A stretch of 64,000 bases of DNA from Candidatus Moraniibacteriota bacterium (GTDB lineage: Bacteria; Patescibacteriota; Minisyncoccia; Moranbacterales; UBA1568), in NCBI GenBank assembly GCA_028688415.1, contig JAQTYF010000001.1, positions 10,385 to 74,384 of the forward strand, written 5' to 3'. The notes under the pieces were generated by a model that had not been told where the DNA came from, did not search any database, and saw only the letters and a program-made list of their open reading frames with translations. The translations under genes were made by a program, and so were the position numbers. Below, in pieces: positions 8,685 to 19,800 of the stretch (position 1 is its first letter; the number at the start of each line of letters is the position of its first letter).

Positions 8685-9713
8685 ATGTATAGTGTTATTC
8701 TCTGTGGTGGATCTGGGACGCGTCTGTGGCCGATGAGTCGAAAAAATCTCCCGAAACAATTTTTGAAACTCTATGGAGACAAGTCGCTCCTTCAGGAAAC
8801 GTTTGATCGTATCCATAAACTCCTCCCTGTCGAACACATATTTTTTGTAACCAACAAAGACAACGCTTCATATGTGCTCAGTCAGATACGAAAAAGGGAT
8901 CGGAAATTTTCAGAAAAAAATATTATCATAGAACCATCTGCTCGCAATACTGCACCAGCGATCGCTCTTGCGATGAAATACTTGACTGAGAAAATGAAAA
9001 TGAATGTTTCAGAGAATGTCCTCTTCCTCCCATCAGACCATTACATTGGTCAGGAAACCGCTTATATGGATATCGTGCGAAAGATAGCTGATTTGAAAGA
9101 TGATATCATCGGGACCATCGGTATCGTCCCGACCAAACCAGAAACAGGGTATGGGTATATTCGTCGAGGCAAAGAATCCCGAGGCATCTTTCCTGTTCTC
9201 GAATTCAAAGAAAAACCGGATCTAAAAACAGCTAAGAAATATCTCGCATCCGGGAAATATCTCTGGAACTCGGGTATGTATTTTTTCAACGCACGCACGT
9301 TCTTCTCAGAACTCTCGCTCTGTGCTCCTGAAATAGCAGGTTTTTTCACGGGGACATATAGAGAGATTTTGAAAAAATACAAAACTATTCCATCTGTCTC
9401 TATCGATTATGCATTATCAGAGAAGTCAGAAAAAGTAGGCGTCATCGCAGGGAATTTTGGGTGGAGTGATATTGGATCTTTCGATAGTTTGGCGGATGTC
9501 TTGGGACACAATTCTGCGATGCGACATATCGGTATTGATTCCAAGAATGTATTTACCTACAGTACTGAAAATCGGTTGATAACGACGATTGGGGTAGAGG
9601 ATCTCATCATTGTCGAAACCAAAGGAAGCATTCTCGTATGTAAGAGGGGACGAGCAGAAGATGTAAAAAAAATCGTCGAAAAATTGAAAGAAATCGAGCC
9701 TACAGAGCTGTAA
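8685..9713 (+). CDS. manC: Mannose-1-phosphate guanylyltransferase
   Basis: ILCGGSGTRLWPMSR..PKQF, EPSARNTAPA, PSDH, PETGYGYI, FKEKP, WNSG, SIDYA, WSDIGS. Confidence 0.93.
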   Translation: MYSVILCGGSGTRLWPMSRKNLPKQFLKLYGDKSLLQETFDRIHKLLPVEHIFFVTNKDNASYVLSQIRKRDRKFSEKNIIIEPSARNTAPAIALAMKYLTEKMKMNVSENVLFLPSDHYIGQETAYMDIVRKIADLKDDIIGTIGIVPTKPETGYGYIRRGKESRGIFPVLEFKEKPDLKTAKKYLASGKYLWNSGMYFFNARTFFSELSLCAPEIAGFFTGTYREILKKYKTIPSVSIDYALSEKSEKVGVIAGNFGWSDIGSFDSLADVLGHNSAMRHIGIDSKNVFTYSTENRLITTIGVEDLIIVETKGSILVCKRGRAEDVKKIVEKLKEIEPTEL

Positions 9714-9743
9714 AATAGTTCCTCATATTGTTTTGAAGCTAAT

Positions 9744-9910
9744 CACTACCCAAAAGAATTTTTTCAGCATCCTTTCCACACTGACTGAGCAAGAGCTCTC
9801 AGATCGAAAAAAGAAGTTGTGATTGTGTAGATTGGGGACTGCTTTTTTCGTAATACTGAGAGCTCTTGTGAGAGGTGGAACGATGATGAAAAATTGGCTT
9901 TTGGGCGGTG
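9744..9910. repeat. ~150-165 bp MITE-like dispersed hairpin element, family A copy 1
   Basis: TIR CACTACCCAAAAG / CTTTTGGGCGGTG; reverse-complement copy at 26720-26871. Confidence 0.82.
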
Positions 9911-10125
9911 AATAGAGACTTTCTCTTGTGGAGATTTGCACTTTAAAAGATGGTTTAAGTGCGCTTTATTGACAAGAAGAAAAAGTTGTGCTACAATAGA
10001 GAACTGAGAAATTCGAACAAAGTGATCGAATTCTATCTTTCTTTTTGTTGTGTATAGGGGATTTTCCCGTATATGAGACCTTTTTGTCTTTGGAAGAAAA
10101 AAGAACAGAAGAAAAAAGAATAGAG

Positions 10126-10209
10126 GCCCTGGTGGCGGAATTGGTAGACGCACTAGCTTCAGGTGCTAGCGTGAGCAATCACATGGGAGTTCGAGTCTCC
10201 CCTAGGGCA
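10126..10209 (+). tRNA. tRNA-Leu(CAG)
   Basis: GCCCTGG/CTAGGGC acceptor stem, anticodon arm CTAGC-TTCAGGT-GCTAG, long variable arm, GTTCGAGTC T-loop. Confidence 0.95.
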
Positions 10210-10381
10210 CAACGTAAAAAGAGAACTTCTCCTCGTGAGAAGAGCATCTTTCGTAATAATTCATTCTTGTTGATGGCTAAAAAATACCTCAACAAGAAAT
10301 AATCAATCTCAAAGATATTTTCTTTTTGGCATCTTTTTCAAAGGTGGACAAAAACAGGGTATCAGAGAAAAAGTAAACAGT

Positions 10382-12493
10382 ATGCAGACGAATAATTCGT
10401 TTCAAAAAAACAGAGACACTGGTATATCAGCTCACACGAGCCATACCAATGGTGTTCTCGGAGGAGGAGAAAAACCTCCTGTCGCAGGTGCGTTCGAGGG
10501 TATCGTCGCACATGCCCAGGCGCCACGTGCGACACAGAATAAATCATACGGACATGTCGCGTCCAAGCAGACTTCATTCGTGAAGCCTCTTTCGTTGTCG
10601 ACACAAAAGTCAGGTACCTCTGTCTCTAAAGGACAGTCAGCCTCAAATAAGTCGAGCCTAGGCGGTCCAGCTTCGAATAAACCAAGTCTGAACAGGCAAC
10701 CGATGAAAAAATCTGGAGTGCCAGGGAAAAAGAGTGGTCAGAAAAACAATCGTCGTTTTCCGATGCCAATGAAGAGTCGACTCGAATCGACGCACAACGG
10801 TGTCTCGGTTCCTGTACTCGGTGAAAAACGTCTCCGTATCATCCCTCTTGGTGGTCAGGAAGAAGTTGGTCGCAATATGACTGTGTTCGAATACGGCAAC
10901 GATATTGTGATTGTTGATATGGGACTTCAGTTTCCAGAAGAAGATATGCCAGGTATTGACTATATCATTCCGAATGCCAATTATCTGAAGGGGAAAGAAA
11001 AAAATATCCGTGGTGTCGTATTTACCCATGGTCACCTCGATCATATTGGTGCTGCGCCACTCCTCTTGAAACAACTTGGATATCCGCCAGTCGTGTCTCG
11101 TGACTTGACTTTGGCGCTTATCAAACACAAGGTTGACGATCAAGAAAAAGGTGCTGCGAGCCGTCTCAAGATGGTACGTATCAAAACCGTTGAAGACCGT
11201 ATCAAACTCGGCGCATTCGAAGCACGTTTCTTCGATGTCGAGCATTCTATTATGGACGCTATCGGAATTGTACTTCTGACACCAGTCGGATCAGTTATTC
11301 ATATGGGTGACTGGACAATTGCCAATGATCCTCTCGAAGAAAAAGAAATTTCCTACAAACATCTCGCCAATCTGCCACGACCGACGATACTCATGCTTGA
11401 AAGTTTGGGAGCACTGAAGAAAGGACTTCCACCGTCAGAACAGGAAGTGCATCAGAATTTGAAGAACCTCATTCGTACGGTTCCTGGACGTTTGATTATT
11501 GGTACGTTTGCTTCACAGATTCGTCGTATCAGCTACCTCATCGAATATGCAGAACAGTTGGGGAAGAAAGTGGCACTTGAGGGGTACAGTATGAAAATGA
11601 ACATCGAAGTCGCCAAGGAACTCGGGTATATCAAAGTGAGAAAAGATACACTCATCACCGTCAATGATATTCATAAATACGCCGATAACCAAGTTGTCGT
11701 CATTTGTACAGGTGCGCAAGGTGAGCTCAATGCGGCTCTCTCTCGTATCGTCACTGACAATCATCGATTCATCAAACTCCAGAAGAATGACACAATCGTG
11801 TTTTCCTCCTCAGTTATTCCAGGCAACGAACGAACGATCCAACGTCTGAAAGACAACCTCTATCGCAAGTGTGATAACATCATCCACAGTGATATTATGG
11901 AAATTCACATCGGTGGTCACTCGACTGCACAGGGGATGGAGGAGATGCTCCGTCAGGTACAGCCGACGTATTTCTTGCCGGTGTATGCCAATCATTATTT
12001 CTTGAAAGAAGCTGCCAAGATCGCCTTCCGAATGGGCTTTCCAGAGAAAAATGTTTTTGTGCTCGACAACGGTGGAGTATTCGAAGTCGGTGAGAACAAT
12101 TTTTCAGCTGTTTTGAAAGAAAAAGCAGATACGAGTTACGTCTTCATCGACGGTCTCGGTGTTGGAGATATCGGACATGTTGTGCTTCGCGATCGCCAGG
12201 TGCTTGCTCAGGATGGTATGGTAGTGATTACTGCTATTATCGATTCCAAGACCAAAACTGCTGTCGGAAATATCCAGATCACTTCACGCGGATTCATCCA
12301 TGTGAAAGAAAACTTTGATCTCGTCAATGAGACGAAACGCAAAGTAGAAAAAATCATTCGAGAAAATACTTCGAAAGACGTGTCTCTTGATGCTGATCTC
12401 ATCCGAAATCAAATCCGTGATATTATCGGTCAGTTCCTCTTTACCAAGACGGAACGTCGCCCGATGGTCCTCCCAGTGGTCATCGAAGTCTAA
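10382..12493 (+). CDS. rnj: Ribonuclease J with a long low-complexity N-terminal extension
   Basis: IPLGGQEEVGRNM, THGHLDHIGA, GDW, CTGAQGE, HIGGH, TERRPMVLPVVIEV. Confidence 0.95.
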   Translation: MQTNNSFQKNRDTGISAHTSHTNGVLGGGEKPPVAGAFEGIVAHAQAPRATQNKSYGHVASKQTSFVKPLSLSTQKSGTSVSKGQSASNKSSLGGPASNKPSLNRQPMKKSGVPGKKSGQKNNRRFPMPMKSRLESTHNGVSVPVLGEKRLRIIPLGGQEEVGRNMTVFEYGNDIVIVDMGLQFPEEDMPGIDYIIPNANYLKGKEKNIRGVVFTHGHLDHIGAAPLLLKQLGYPPVVSRDLTLALIKHKVDDQEKGAASRLKMVRIKTVEDRIKLGAFEARFFDVEHSIMDAIGIVLLTPVGSVIHMGDWTIANDPLEEKEISYKHLANLPRPTILMLESLGALKKGLPPSEQEVHQNLKNLIRTVPGRLIIGTFASQIRRISYLIEYAEQLGKKVALEGYSMKMNIEVAKELGYIKVRKDTLITVNDIHKYADNQVVVICTGAQGELNAALSRIVTDNHRFIKLQKNDTIVFSSSVIPGNERTIQRLKDNLYRKCDNIIHSDIMEIHIGGHSTAQGMEEMLRQVQPTYFLPVYANHYFLKEAAKIAFRMGFPEKNVFVLDNGGVFEVGENNFSAVLKEKADTSYVFIDGLGVGDIGHVVLRDRQVLAQDGMVVITAIIDSKTKTAVGNIQITSRGFIHVKENFDLVNETKRKVEKIIRENTSKDVSLDADLIRNQIRDIIGQFLFTKTERRPMVLPVVIEV

Positions 12494-12510
12494 TAGAGAC
12501 AATAGGTATC

Positions 12511-12549
12511 AAAAAAAACTCTCCTGCCATCTGGTTGGAGAGTTTTTTT
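12511..12549. terminator. Bidirectional terminator between convergent genes
   Basis: AAAAAAAACTCTCC...GGAGAGTTTTTTT. Confidence 0.75.
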
Positions 12550-12569
12550 GTTTTTTCAGGCTTTCTGCT

Positions 12570-14153
12570 CTACTGTATATATTCAAACTTCTCTCGAGAA
12601 AATTGTTTTTTGAGAATCATTCTTTGTACTTTGCCTGTCGATGTCCTCGGTAATTTTTCAGGAGAGAGCGAGAGAAGGTATTTTGGTGCCTCGTATGCTC
12701 CGATGAGGGGTGTATGAGAGAGAATGTTTTTTTTGAGCTTCTTGAATGCCTGATCGGTATCGACATGTTTTTTCCAACAAATGATGGCAGCTACTTCTTC
12801 CCCGTATCGATCATCGACGACACCTATGACATAGACCTGATCGATATCTACCGATACCTTCTTTAGTCTATTTTCTACAGCAGTAGGAGAGATGTTCACG
12901 CCTCCCTTGATGATGATTTCTTTTTTCCTTCCTTTCAAAAAGAAGAACTTTTTTTTATCGATAATTTTGAAATATCCGATATCGCCCGTCAAGAAATATC
13001 CGTTTTGAAAAGCAGGTTCCTTACCTACGTATCCTCGCATAACAGCATCACCTCTTACGATCAATTCTCCCTCTTCATTTTCACCGAGATGTTCTCCTGT
13101 ATTGCTAGCAATCTGGACATCTGCCCACGGCATCGATATACCGATAGAGTTTTCTTCCACAATCTTTTTGTGGAGAGCGGAAGAGAGTGAGAGAGGGACG
13201 CCAGTCACCCGTAGCGCTGTTTCTGTCTGTCCATAACCTTGGTAAAGGGGAATATGGTATGTATCTTCGAATTCGAGGGCACTGTGCGCTATGACTGGGG
13301 CGGAACCGATCTGAATTCTATTGAGCAGGATATCGTTTTTTACGTGCATAAACTCTGATTCACGTACCAATTGATCATATACGATTGATTGAACGATTGA
13401 TGTGATGGTGGATTGTGTTTTACTTACTTGATTCCAGAAGTTTGAGCTGGAATATGTCGGAGGAATAGCAATAGATCCTCCAGAAAGGAGTATAGAGAGA
13501 CAAAATGTTGTCGAATTGATGTGATGAAGAGGAAGATTGACGAGGAAGCGATCAGTATCTCTGATATCGAACCATCGCCGAATACCATCAGCATTGACAA
13601 TCAAATTTTGTAGAGAAAGTTGCGCTCCCTTAGGATGTCCAGTCGTTCCAGAAGTAAAGAGAATGAGAGCAATGTGATCTGGATTCTTCTGTAATATTGG
13701 CAGTTCTTTCTCTGACCGATAAAGAAATCCAGAAAAGATTTCGATACGCACTCCTTCAATCGATGCCTGATCGATTGATTTTTGTATTTTTTCTTGAACG
13801 ATGAGATATTTTGATTGAGTGATGCGTATTTTGTAGGCATAGAGTTCGCCAATGTCATTTTTCGTATCGAGAGGAATGGTGATGATACCCATACTCCATG
13901 CCGACCAACTGAGTATGAGGAGATCGATCGAATTGGTAAAAGCGAGAGCAATACAATCTTTTTCTTTGAGACCAAGGGTCTGTAGATAATGGAGAGCACG
14001 CTCCATTTTTTCGAGCAGTGCTTCATACGAGAGAGTTTCGAGAAGAGACCCGTCTGATGAACAGGACATGAGGGCAATGTTGCGCGGTGATTTTTTAGCT
14101 ACTTCAGAAACGAAAAGGTAGATATTGCTGATTGGATGGAGAGGAATGTTCAT
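12570..14153 (-). CDS. Class I adenylate-forming enzyme (acyl-CoA synthetase / AMP-binding)
   Basis: LFTSGTTGHPKG, YQGYGQTE, FLTGDIG, GRKKEIIIKGGVNISP..VE, LPRTSTGKVQR; ATG at 14153 preferred. Confidence 0.93.
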   Translation of the reverse strand: MNIPLHPISNIYLFVSEVAKKSPRNIALMSCSSDGSLLETLSYEALLEKMERALHYLQTLGLKEKDCIALAFTNSIDLLILSWSAWSMGIITIPLDTKNDIGELYAYKIRITQSKYLIVQEKIQKSIDQASIEGVRIEIFSGFLYRSEKELPILQKNPDHIALILFTSGTTGHPKGAQLSLQNLIVNADGIRRWFDIRDTDRFLVNLPLHHINSTTFCLSILLSGGSIAIPPTYSSSNFWNQVSKTQSTITSIVQSIVYDQLVRESEFMHVKNDILLNRIQIGSAPVIAHSALEFEDTYHIPLYQGYGQTETALRVTGVPLSLSSALHKKIVEENSIGISMPWADVQIASNTGEHLGENEEGELIVRGDAVMRGYVGKEPAFQNGYFLTGDIGYFKIIDKKKFFFLKGRKKEIIIKGGVNISPTAVENRLKKVSVDIDQVYVIGVVDDRYGEEVAAIICWKKHVDTDQAFKKLKKNILSHTPLIGAYEAPKYLLSLSPEKLPRTSTGKVQRMILKKQFSREKFEYIQ

Positions 14154-14284
14154 ACTGAAGAAAAAAGATAGATGTGTATGAGAACAATGACATATTAAGC
14201 CTAGTATATCACAAAAAACGATCAAAGTATTTGGTGATATTTCAGTACTTTGCTATACTGAAATCGTATAATTTATGAAAAAGT

Positions 14285-14662
14285 ATGAAACAAAAAATTC
14301 TTCTTGAGATTTCGACAGCGTATTTTGTTGTTCTCGCTCTTTCAGTTTCTTTTGTTCCTGAAATTTTTGGATTAGATGTCTCTGGGGATATGCTCAAAAG
14401 ATCTCTTATAGCAATTCTCTTTTTTGTAGCAGGAATTGCAACATTTTTTGTTTCAAGACGAAATGAATCATCTTCTTCAATTCACTTACTCATCTCTTTT
14501 TTTATCTTTCTTTTTACTTCTCTTTCTCTTTTTGGTCTTATAGGTATAGTGTCTGGTTATAACATTGCTCACCCGTTACTCTTTTCTGTGGACGGACTTT
14601 TTCTTGTTATTCATACATCTTTTGCTACAGCTTTTTTCTTTGTTCGTAAGCAATTGCAATAA
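14285..14662 (+). CDS. Small 4-TM membrane hypothetical protein
   Basis: 125 aa, four hydrophobic segments; first gene on the PKS strand. Confidence 0.7.
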   Translation: MKQKILLEISTAYFVVLALSVSFVPEIFGLDVSGDMLKRSLIAILFFVAGIATFFVSRRNESSSSIHLLISFFIFLFTSLSLFGLIGIVSGYNIAHPLLFSVDGLFLVIHTSFATAFFFVRKQLQ

Positions 14663-14749
14663 TAATATTTTTCTTCTTTTTTGATACAATGACTTGATAC
14701 TCGTGTATTTATGGTACAAGACATGGTGATATAATCAGAATGATCCGAT

Positions 14750-16819
14750 ATGAAAGAGAGACCGATGTACCAACCAAATGACATCTGTATTGTGGGGAGA
14801 GGTTGTGTCTTGCCAGAAGCATCTCGTCCAGAGGAATTCTGGACAAATATCATCTCAGGTACGTGTTCTATCAGGCAGATGCCAGAGGAAAGGTTTGATA
14901 AGCGTCTTTATTTCAGTCGAGAGAGATTGGCAAAAGATAAGTCGTATTCTTCGTACGCTGGTTTCGTCGATGATGAGGACCTGAAGAAAATCAGTAAACG
15001 TCTTGGTCTCGTATTCTCTCGGAATAGGAGATTGGAGATTATGTCTCTTGAGGCCACAAGACAGGCATTCGCTTGTCTGAAGCAGAAAAGAAAAAAAATA
15101 TTAGAGAATACAACTCTCTTTATTGGCTGTATGGAAGCGAGCGATGGATTTTCGCTTGAGAATTTCTTTGCATTCAATAAAAAATTCTTGAAGCAGTATA
15201 TACAAAAAAGTAATATAAAAAGCAAGAAAAAAGCCTTTGATGCGATAGAGCAATATTTCAATCATGAAGTGGATGATGCTTTACAAATCGATGCTGTATT
15301 AACGACATCTGTTATTGATGTCTTGAAGAAAAAATTTCATTTGAAAGGGGAGGGGGTGCTTGTTGATGCGGCTTGTGCTTCATCTCTGGCAGCAATCGAG
15401 AGTGCTGTGGACGCTCTGAAGAATTATGAGACGGATATGGCCGTAACTGGAGGTATAGAAAGTAATTTACGACCCGATTCATTTGTTTTATTCAGTAAAG
15501 TCGGAGCTCTCTCTGAAAAAAGATGTCTTCCTTTTGATGAACAAACTGACGGATTGTCTCAGGGTGAAGGCGCAGTCATTTTTGTTCTTCAAAGGATGGA
15601 AGATGCTTTGCGAGATGGGAATACCATTTATGGCATCATACGATCAGTAGGAAGTGCGAGCGATGGGAATAGTTCGAGCCTCTTTTCCCCGTCTATAGAA
15701 GGGCAACTCTTGTCGTATGATCGAGCCTATCAAAGTATAGACCCACAGAGTATTGATTATATAGAGTGTCATGGTACGGGTACGAAACTTGGAGATAAGA
15801 CAGAAATCAATTCCCTAAACGCTTTTTTCAAAAAGAAAATACCTATTGGATCAGTGAAATCTCTTGTCGGTCATACCAAAGGATCTGCTGGAGCTGTTGG
15901 TCTTCTCAAATGTTTATTATTGATGGAACAAAAGATTATTCCACCTACTCGATACATTACATCATCGATGGCTCCTCAGAATGGAAATGTGTATGTAAAC
16001 AAAAGACCTCTTTCTTTACGTAAAAAATCTAAACATAAGGCCTTGCGTTGTGGAGTGTCTGCTTTTGGATTTGGTAATATCAACTATCATGTTGTTGTTG
16101 AAGAATGGAAAAAGGAAGGAAAAATAAAGTCTCAATTGATGTTGCAGGAACCAGAAACAATAGTGGTTATAGGGGAGGGAATTGCCGTATACAAAGATAT
16201 CGATTCGGATGTATTGGTCAGACAATTCAATATTCCTCCAAAGAGTATTGCCTCTATAGATAAAATTCAATTACTCGCGCTTTCTGCTGTACAGGATGCT
16301 TTCGAAAAATCTCATATAGCTATTGATTCACTCAAGAAAGAATCGGTTTCTGTTCTCTCTGCTTCTATCATCGGTTTGGAGTCTGCTCTTCATTTCTCTT
16401 ACCGTATTATAACGGCTGAGTTTGAGAAAGTATTCGATCCATCCGATGAAAATATGAAAAAGATGTTTGCAAAGTATAAAGACAGATTCCCTGAAGTCAC
16501 TGAGGATACTGGTCCAGGTATTTTAAACAACGTGATCGCAGGAAGAATATGTAACACTTTCGATTTCAAGGGAAAAAATTTCAATGTTGATGCTGATTTC
16601 AATTCTTTTGCATCAGCACTCAAGCTTGCCAAGAGGGAACTTCAGAAAAATGATGGAATAGTAATACTTGTTTTTTGTCGAGAGAAACTTGATACGGAGA
16701 GAAAATATATACTAAGAAAAGACGAGGTGTCATGTCTTTTATTGACGACGCTTCGTCGGGCAAAAGAAGAAAGCTATCCGATCCAAAAATTGATACAATC
16801 AATCCGATATGATGAATAA
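14750..16819 (+). CDS. Type I PKS/Pfa-like beta-ketoacyl synthase fused to a truncated inactive second KS (CLF-like) domain
   Basis: Catalytic triad DAACASS, ECHGTGT, GHTKGSAG; also QGEGA and SAFGFGNIN.H. C-terminal part has IPP..IDKIQLLAL and EDTGPGILNNVIAGRICN.FD, with DADFNS in place of DAACAS. Confidence 0.93.
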   Translation: MKERPMYQPNDICIVGRGCVLPEASRPEEFWTNIISGTCSIRQMPEERFDKRLYFSRERLAKDKSYSSYAGFVDDEDLKKISKRLGLVFSRNRRLEIMSLEATRQAFACLKQKRKKILENTTLFIGCMEASDGFSLENFFAFNKKFLKQYIQKSNIKSKKKAFDAIEQYFNHEVDDALQIDAVLTTSVIDVLKKKFHLKGEGVLVDAACASSLAAIESAVDALKNYETDMAVTGGIESNLRPDSFVLFSKVGALSEKRCLPFDEQTDGLSQGEGAVIFVLQRMEDALRDGNTIYGIIRSVGSASDGNSSSLFSPSIEGQLLSYDRAYQSIDPQSIDYIECHGTGTKLGDKTEINSLNAFFKKKIPIGSVKSLVGHTKGSAGAVGLLKCLLLMEQKIIPPTRYITSSMAPQNGNVYVNKRPLSLRKKSKHKALRCGVSAFGFGNINYHVVVEEWKKEGKIKSQLMLQEPETIVVIGEGIAVYKDIDSDVLVRQFNIPPKSIASIDKIQLLALSAVQDAFEKSHIAIDSLKKESVSVLSASIIGLESALHFSYRIITAEFEKVFDPSDENMKKMFAKYKDRFPEVTEDTGPGILNNVIAGRICNTFDFKGKNFNVDADFNSFASALKLAKRELQKNDGIVILVFCREKLDTERKYILRKDEVSCLLLTTLRRAKEESYPIQKLIQSIRYDE

Positions 16820-19800
16820 AAGTCAGGGGTATTATTACGGTACATATACTGTTTCGATGAAGCCATACTCCGGAGTGGATTTTTCGAGACGATGTTTTAT
16901 TTTTGCTGGTCAAGGATCTACTTTTCCAGGTATGTTTCGTGATGAATATCTCAAATCAATCCTTATCCGTGAGAAGTTCGCGCTTGCAGATAGATTGATG
17001 AGACGATTTCATTTACCCAAGATTTCGGACTATATTATGCATCCCGAGAATTTACAGGAAAAGACATTACCAGTAGTATCCAATATTGCTTTGTTTACAT
17101 TAGAAATGGCTCTTTTTGATATGTTACGAGCATCTCAAATCATTCCAGAAAAAGTAACGGGGCATAGTTTTGGCGAATACTCAGCCCTCGTGGCTTCGGG
17201 TGTCGTATCTTTTGAGGAGATGCTTATGATTATTTATCACCGAGATATCTTTTGTCCGAAAGCGCATACGGCAGGCTTCTTGATAGCAGTGAATGCAGAT
17301 GTACGATACATCAAGGCTGTTTTGAAACATCAAAAATATTTCATTAGCAATATCAATAGTCCGAATCAGACGGTTATTGCCGTCGTTCCTGAATGCGTCG
17401 ATGAAATTGTGGATATTTTTCGAGAAAATGAAACGAAATGCAAAGTTCTGTACGGCGTACCACAGCCATATCATTCCCCGTATCTTCTGAGTTCACAGAA
17501 GAAAATTGAGGCATTTCTTCGGAAGAAGCAATTTACTTTTCGAAAACCGACTATACCATTTTTTTCTTCGGTATTGAAAAAGGAAATCAATCAGCAAAAT
17601 TTTCGAAAAAGTGATATTGAGAAGATTCTCTGCACCCAGATTACAACTCAAGTGAACTTTATCTATCAGGTACGATCAATGTATAATTTAGGATGTTTTT
17701 CTTTTTTGGAAATCGGTCCGAAAAAAATATTCTCTGTCTTTGTCGAAGATATTTTGGCAGAGAAAAAACAGTCAGTAAAAACAGAATGTATACAATCTTT
17801 TTTTCAAAAAGAACAGAAAGCGAATACGGCAGGAAAAAATGTGAAAAATGCAAAATTATTCACAATTATATGTAAAACTATTAGAGAGATAACGGGATAT
17901 GAGATAAAAAGTATTCATCCCAATGGAAGATTCCAGGAAGATTTTGGGATAGATTCTATCAAGAGAACGGACATTCTTCTGACTATTTTTCGGAGATTAA
18001 AAATATCTCTCGGTGATGATTTTAATACGTCTCATTTCAAGAGTATTGATGATGTTATCTTATACATTGAAACAATACAAAAAAAATCTTTGTCATCGAT
18101 ACAAGATACCGAGACAAAGAAGGTGCATAAAAAAAGAAAAACAGAATTCCAAAGATATGCTTTTCTTCCAGTAACAGAAGAGCTTTCTATTGCTTCTTCT
18201 CAATGTTCGAGAGACGATCGAGCTAACCTGTTTGTTTTAGACATCGAGAATATTTTTGAATCTGATAGTGTTGTTTTGAAACGATGGTTTTCTTTCGTAA
18301 GGAGGGTAGTTGATAAAAATCAGACATTTACTCTCGTGATACGAGCACAAGATATACAGTGGGAGTATAAAAAAATGTTGTCCCTCTTTCAATTCTTCCG
18401 AGGTTTTTTACAGCCAATCAAACAGAGTACATTTTGTTGTTTGTGCCTTTCATTTGGATCGGAACAGAGTATTGCCGTTTCCAGTCTTGCATCTTTCCTG
18501 AAATCTCTCAAAAGAGAATTTTCAGGAATGTTCTTTCGATATGTTCATAGTGATGCAGTGAAAGATTTTAAGGAGTTTCTTCCCGAGAAAGAGGGAATGA
18601 ATGGAGATGACATTGTATATACACGAGGGAAGAGATATCGCATGCAACCAGTTTTGATACAAAATAATCCAATTATCCCTTTCAAAAAAGATGCTGTCAT
18701 AATAGTGATCGGAGGAGCGAGCGGAATTACTTTTTCTCTCATAAAGCATATCGCAAAAGAGGAAAAGCCGATTTTCTACGTGATCGGTCGTAGGAATGAA
18801 CAAGAAAAGATCATACGCGAACATATACGTATACTCAAAAAATATACGCCACATGTTTTTTATGTTTCATTGGACGCTCGTGACAAAGTTGCTCTGGAGA
18901 AGGTGTGGAAACGTGTTATGCGAGAACAGAAACGAATTGATTATGTAATCAATGGTGCAGGTACAGTCGATATTGATTTTTTTGACCAGAAAACAGAGCT
19001 TTCAATAGAGTCCGAATTTTGTAATAAAGTGGTACCGACATTGAATGTTTTGCAATTGGCTCTGAAATATCATCCAAAAAGAGTTATCAATTTTGCATCA
19101 ATCATCTCGCGGTATGGGAGTGCTGGTCAAAGTATCTATACCGCAGCCAATGCATGGGTGAGTGAGATGACTCAGAAATACGGTAAAGAATTAGAGAAAT
19201 ATGGTTCGGTGGCAACGGCTATTCATTGGCCAGCTTGGGAGAATACGGGTATGACAGCAGAAAAAAGCGTTTCTCAGAAATTGGATGAATACGAAGTGTC
19301 ATTGCTTGATCCAGATGATGCGAATCGATTGTTTGCCCTTGATCTCTCATTGCAGAAGAGTGGACCAGTCTATTATTTGGATGCATCGGATGATAGCGCC
19401 TTATCCTTTCCTTCTAATAATTTCATAAAATACGCACCGATTCTTGGCTCACCCTCTGACTTGTCTTCACTGACTTTTTCTCAGAATATTTTCAGGAAAA
19501 GTTTTCATACGACGAGCGATAAGTGGCTCAGAGATCATAAAATACAGGGAGCAATGTATGTTCCTTTGGCAATTGGCATAGGAATGTTTCTGTGTTTGGG
19601 AAAAATGTATTGGAAGAAAGTTCCTCTATTGAAAAATATTTCTGCACAGAATCCTCTTATAGTAAGAAAGGCTGTGGTGGAATGTACACTCGAACGGAAG
19701 AATGTTGATAATAAGAATACTCTTTCTTTGAAATCAGATGTATCTTATTTTTCCGCCGAAGAAATCAAGGAGGAAAAAGAAGAACAAAAGTTATTTTGTA

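Noticed and set aside
9723-10302. ORFs between manC and rnj
   Set aside because: They overlap the family A repeat and tRNA-Leu; the similar peptide near 26.7-26.9 kb is due to the repeat.
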